DNA of 64,000 bases, taken from Malacoraja senta. Taxonomy: Eukaryota. Under the pieces are notes generated by a model. It searched no databases. It was not told the origin of the DNA and saw nothing but the letters and a program-made list of their open reading frames with translations. A program made the position numbers and the translations under genes. Each line of letters begins with the position of its first letter. Position 1 is the first letter of the stretch. Positions 60,325-64,000 of this stretch are shown in pieces. Where the stretch lies: assembly GCA_038087875.1 (NCBI GenBank), contig CM075994.1, forward strand, positions 7,690,001 through 7,754,000, in the 5' to 3' direction.

Positions 60325-62700
60325 GGGACAGATTATTATATCAATGGGGTTAGGTTAGTTAAGGGGGAGGTGCAGCGAGACCTGGGCGTCCTTGTACACC
60401 AGTCACTGAAAGTTGGCTTACAGGTACAGCAGGCAGTGAAGAAAGCTAATGGAGTGTTGGCCTTCATAACAAGAGGATTTCAGTTTCGGAGTAAAGAGGT
60501 TCTTCTGCAGTTGTATAGGGCTCTGGTGAGACCACACCTGGAGTATTGTGTACAGTTTTGGTCTCCTAATTTGAGGAAGGACATCCTTGTGATTGAGGCA
60601 GTGCAGCGTAGGTTCACGAGATTGATCCCTGGGATGGCGGGATTGTCATATGGGGAAAGATTGAAAAGACTAGGCTTGTATTCACTAGAGTTTAGAAGGA
60701 TGAGGGGGGATCTTATAGAAACATATAAAATTATAAAAGGACTGGACAAGCTAGATGCAGGAAAAATGTTCCCAATGTTGGGCGAGTCCAGAACCAGGGG
60801 CCACAGTCTTAGAATAAAGGGAGGTCATTTAAGACTAAGATGAGAAACTTTTTCACCCAGAGAGTTGTGAATTTATGGAATTTCCTGCCACAGAGGGCAG
60901 TGAAGGCCAAATCACTGGATGAATTTAAGAGAGAGTTAGATAGAGCTCTAGGGGCTAGTGGAATCGAGGATATGGGGAGAAGGCAGGCACGGGTTATTGA
61001 TAGGGGCCGATCAGCCATGATCACAATGAATGTGATGCTGGCTCGAAGGGCCGAATGGCCTCCTCCTGCACCTATTTTCTATGTTTCTATGTTCAAGCAC
61101 CCCACCATCAATGCATTGAGCGTCACCTTTGAGCAGAAACCTGACTAAACTAGCCAAATAAATACCACCTTAGAGGCTGGTAATCCTGAAGCTAGTGACT
61201 TGCCTGTCACTCCACAGCCTTTCCACTATCTACAAAGCACAGGTCATGAGTCTGATGTGCTACTCTAAATTTTCCTGGATGAATGAACGGTCTGCATGGT
61301 AGGCTGTTCTGGAAGGTTGGATCGTATGGCATCCAGGGAGAGCTAGCTGACTGGATAGAAAATTGGCTTCATGGTAAGAAGCAGAGGGTGGTGGTGGAAG
61401 GGTGCTTTTTAGAGTGGAGGTCCGTGATTAGTGGTGTGCCTCAGGGATTGATGCTGGTTCCATTGCTGTTTGTGACATATCAATAATTTGGATGGGAATG
61501 TGCGAGGCATGATTAGTAAGTTTGCAGATGACACTCAAGTAGGTAGCATCTTAGATAGTGAGGATGGTTTTCAAACATTGTAGCAGGGTCTTGGTCAGCT
61601 GAACAAGTGGGCTGAAGAATGGCTAAAAGAGTTTAATTCATGTAAGTGTATGGTGTTGCATTTTTTGAAGTCAAACCAGGGCAGGACATGGTGAATGATA
61701 AGGCCCAAGGGAGTGTGTAGAGCAGAGCGATACATGAGTGCAGGTACACACTTCACTGAAAGTGGCATCTCACCTGGACAGGGTGGTAAAGAAGGCTTTG
61801 GTACTTGGGCCGTCATCAGTCAGCATAATGAGTATAGAAGTTGGGTCGATATGTCAAGTTGTACAAGTTGTTGCTGAGGCTGTGGTTGGAGTACTGTGCT
61901 TAGTTTTGTGCTTAGGAAGATGTAAATAATTTAGTGAATTATCTTTTCTTGATTGAAAGTGCAGAGAAGATTTACGAGGATGTTGCCAGGACTCGAGGGT
62001 CTATGCTGTGGCAAGAGATTGAGCAAACTGGGACTTTATTCCTTGGAGTGCAGGAGGCTGAGGGGTGATCTCATAGAGATGTATAAAAATGTGAGGGGAA
62101 TTGAGAGAACGGAGACGAGGAAACATTTTTTCTCACAGAGAGTTGTGAGTCTGTGGAATTCTCTGCCTCAGAGGGCGGTGGAGCCTGGTTCTCTGGAGGC
62201 CGGTTCTTTCAAGAGAGAGCTAGATAGGGCTCTTAAAGATAGCGGAGTCAGGGGATATGGGGAGAAGGAAGGAACGGGGCACTGATTGGGGATGATCAGC
62301 CATGATCACATTGAATGGCGATGCTGGCTCGAAGGGCCGAATTGCCTACTCCTGCACCTATTGTCTTTTGTCTATTGTCTATTGAATTGATAGGATGAAT
62401 GCACGGTCTTTTAACCTGCGTAGAGGAATCAAGAACCACAGGATATGTTTAAGATAAGAGGGGAAGATGTAATAGGAGACGAGAGGCAACGTTTTCACTC
62501 AGCATGGTGGGTATATGGAGTGAACTGCCAGAGGAGGCAGTTGAGGCAGATACAATAACAACATTTAAAAGACATTTGAATAGCTGCAGGTATAGGAAAG
62601 GATAAGAGGGAAATGTGGGTAAATGGGACTTGCTTAATGGGGCATCTTAGCGTGCATAGATGTATTCGACTGAAGGGCCTGTTTCTGTGCTGTATGAATA
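60325..62700 (+). mobile_element. CR1 LINE fragments (60325-61090; 61285-62700)
   Basis: ORFs 60370, 60840, 61283 (SGVPQG) and 61953. Confidence 0.9.
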
Positions 62701-62724
62701 GCACCTGTGCTGTATGAATAGCAT

Positions 62725-63960
62725 GAACAGCATGGATTTACGAAAGGTAAATCATGTCTGACGAATCTTATAGAATTTTTCGAGGATGTAACTAGTAGAG
62801 TGGATAGGGGAGAACCAGTGGATGTGTTGTATCTGGACTTTCAGAAGGCTTTCGACAAGGTCCCACATAAGAGATTAGTATACAAACTTAAAGCACACGG
62901 TATTGGGGGTTCAGTATTGATGTGGATAGAGAACTGGCTGGCAAACAGGAAGCAAAGAGTAGGAGTAAACGGGTCCTTTTCACAATGGCAGGCAGTGACT
63001 AGTGGGGTACCGCAAGGCTCAGTGCTGGGAACCCAGCTATTTACAATTTATATTAATGATCTGGATGAGGGAATTGAAGGCAACATCTCCAAGTTTGTGG
63101 ATGACACTAAGCTGGGGGGCAGTGTTAGCTGTGAGGAGGATGCTAGGAGACTGCAAGGTGATTTGGATAGGCTGGGTGAGTGGGCAAATGTTTGGCAGAT
63201 GCAGTATAATGTGGATAAATGTAAAGGGGAGATGCAGCGAGACCTGGGTGTCATGGTACACCAGTCATTGAAAGTAGGCATGCAGGTGCAGCAGGCAGTG
63301 AAGAAAACGAATGGTATGTTAGCTTTCATAGCAAAAGGATTTGAGTATAGGAGCAGGGAGGTTCTACTGCAGTTGTACAGGGTCTTGGTGAGACCACACC
63401 TGGAGTATTGCGTACAGTTTTGGTCTCCAAATCTGAGGAAGGACATTATAGCCATAGAGGGAGTGCAGAGAAGGTTCACCAGACTGATTCCTGGAATGTC
63501 AGGACTTTCATATGAAGAAAGACTGGATAGACTTGGCTTATACTCGCTAGAATGTACGAGATTGAGAGGGGATCTTATAGAAATGTACAAAATTCTTATG
63601 GGGTTGGACAGGCTAGATGCAGGAAGATTGTTCCCGATGTTGGGGAAGTACAGGACAAGGGGTCACAGTTTAAGGATAAGGGGGAAATCCTTTAAGACCG
63701 AGATGAGAAAAAACGTTTTCACACAGAGTGGTGAATCTCTGGAACGCTCTGCCACAGAGGGTAGTTGAGGCCAGTTCATTGGCTATATTTAAGAGGGAGT
63801 TAGATGTGGCCCTTGTGGCTAAAGGGATCAGGGGGTATGGAGAGAAGGCAGGTACGGGATACTGAGTTGGATGATCAGCCATGATCATATTGAATGGCGG
63901 TGCAGGCTCGAAGGGCCGAATGGCCTACTCCTGCACCTATTTTCTATGTATCTATGTATC
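62725..63960 (+). mobile_element. CR1 LINE, 5'-truncated, RT domain with internal deletion
   Basis: ORF 62800..63768 reads YLDFQKAFDKVPH...SGVPQGSVLG...FVDDTKL. 3' UTR and microsatellite tail present. Confidence 0.95.
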
Positions 63961-64000
63961 TAATAGGACTCTATAGCTTTCAAGAAGCTCAATGCCATGC

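Noticed and set aside
62800..63768. 322-aa reverse transcriptase ORF as a host or domesticated gene
   Set aside because: It is a 5'-truncated CR1 copy with an internal deletion and a frameshifted end.

Overview
This is eukaryotic DNA, almost certainly from a cartilaginous fish (skate/ray-like), judged from dense HE1/V-type tRNA-SINEs, CR1 (HER1-like) LINE fragments, Rex1/Babar, Tx1, Penelope and DNA-transposon remnants. I reconstructed two host genes by hand from splice sites and reading-frame phase. (1) A complete 6-exon + strand gene (2311-30941, 753 aa) encodes signal peptide, FCGBP/IgGFc-binding N-terminal domain, 10-Cys ZP module, RRGR cleavage site/EHP, TM helix and a short tail. This direct FCGBP_N-ZP fusion lacks the usual vWD/C8/TIL, EGF or CUB spacers. 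(2) Four internal exons (canonical exons 2-5) of SLC25A46 lie on + (49657-60005), and the gene runs off the right end. Not in the ORF track: an orphan minus-strand paralogous TM exon (36380-36519) sharing ALVLQRKYY with gene 1. No canonical SLC25A46 exon 1 is recognisable, but an in-phase ATG mini-exon sits inside a 2.2-kb hAT-like element with a 6-bp TSD. Also present are hAT elements carrying first-exon-like GC-rich cargo, many minimal hammerhead-ribozyme motifs in Penelope termini, and several local duplications. Exon coordinates were read exactly; repeat boundaries are approximate; family names come from motif recognition, not database searches.
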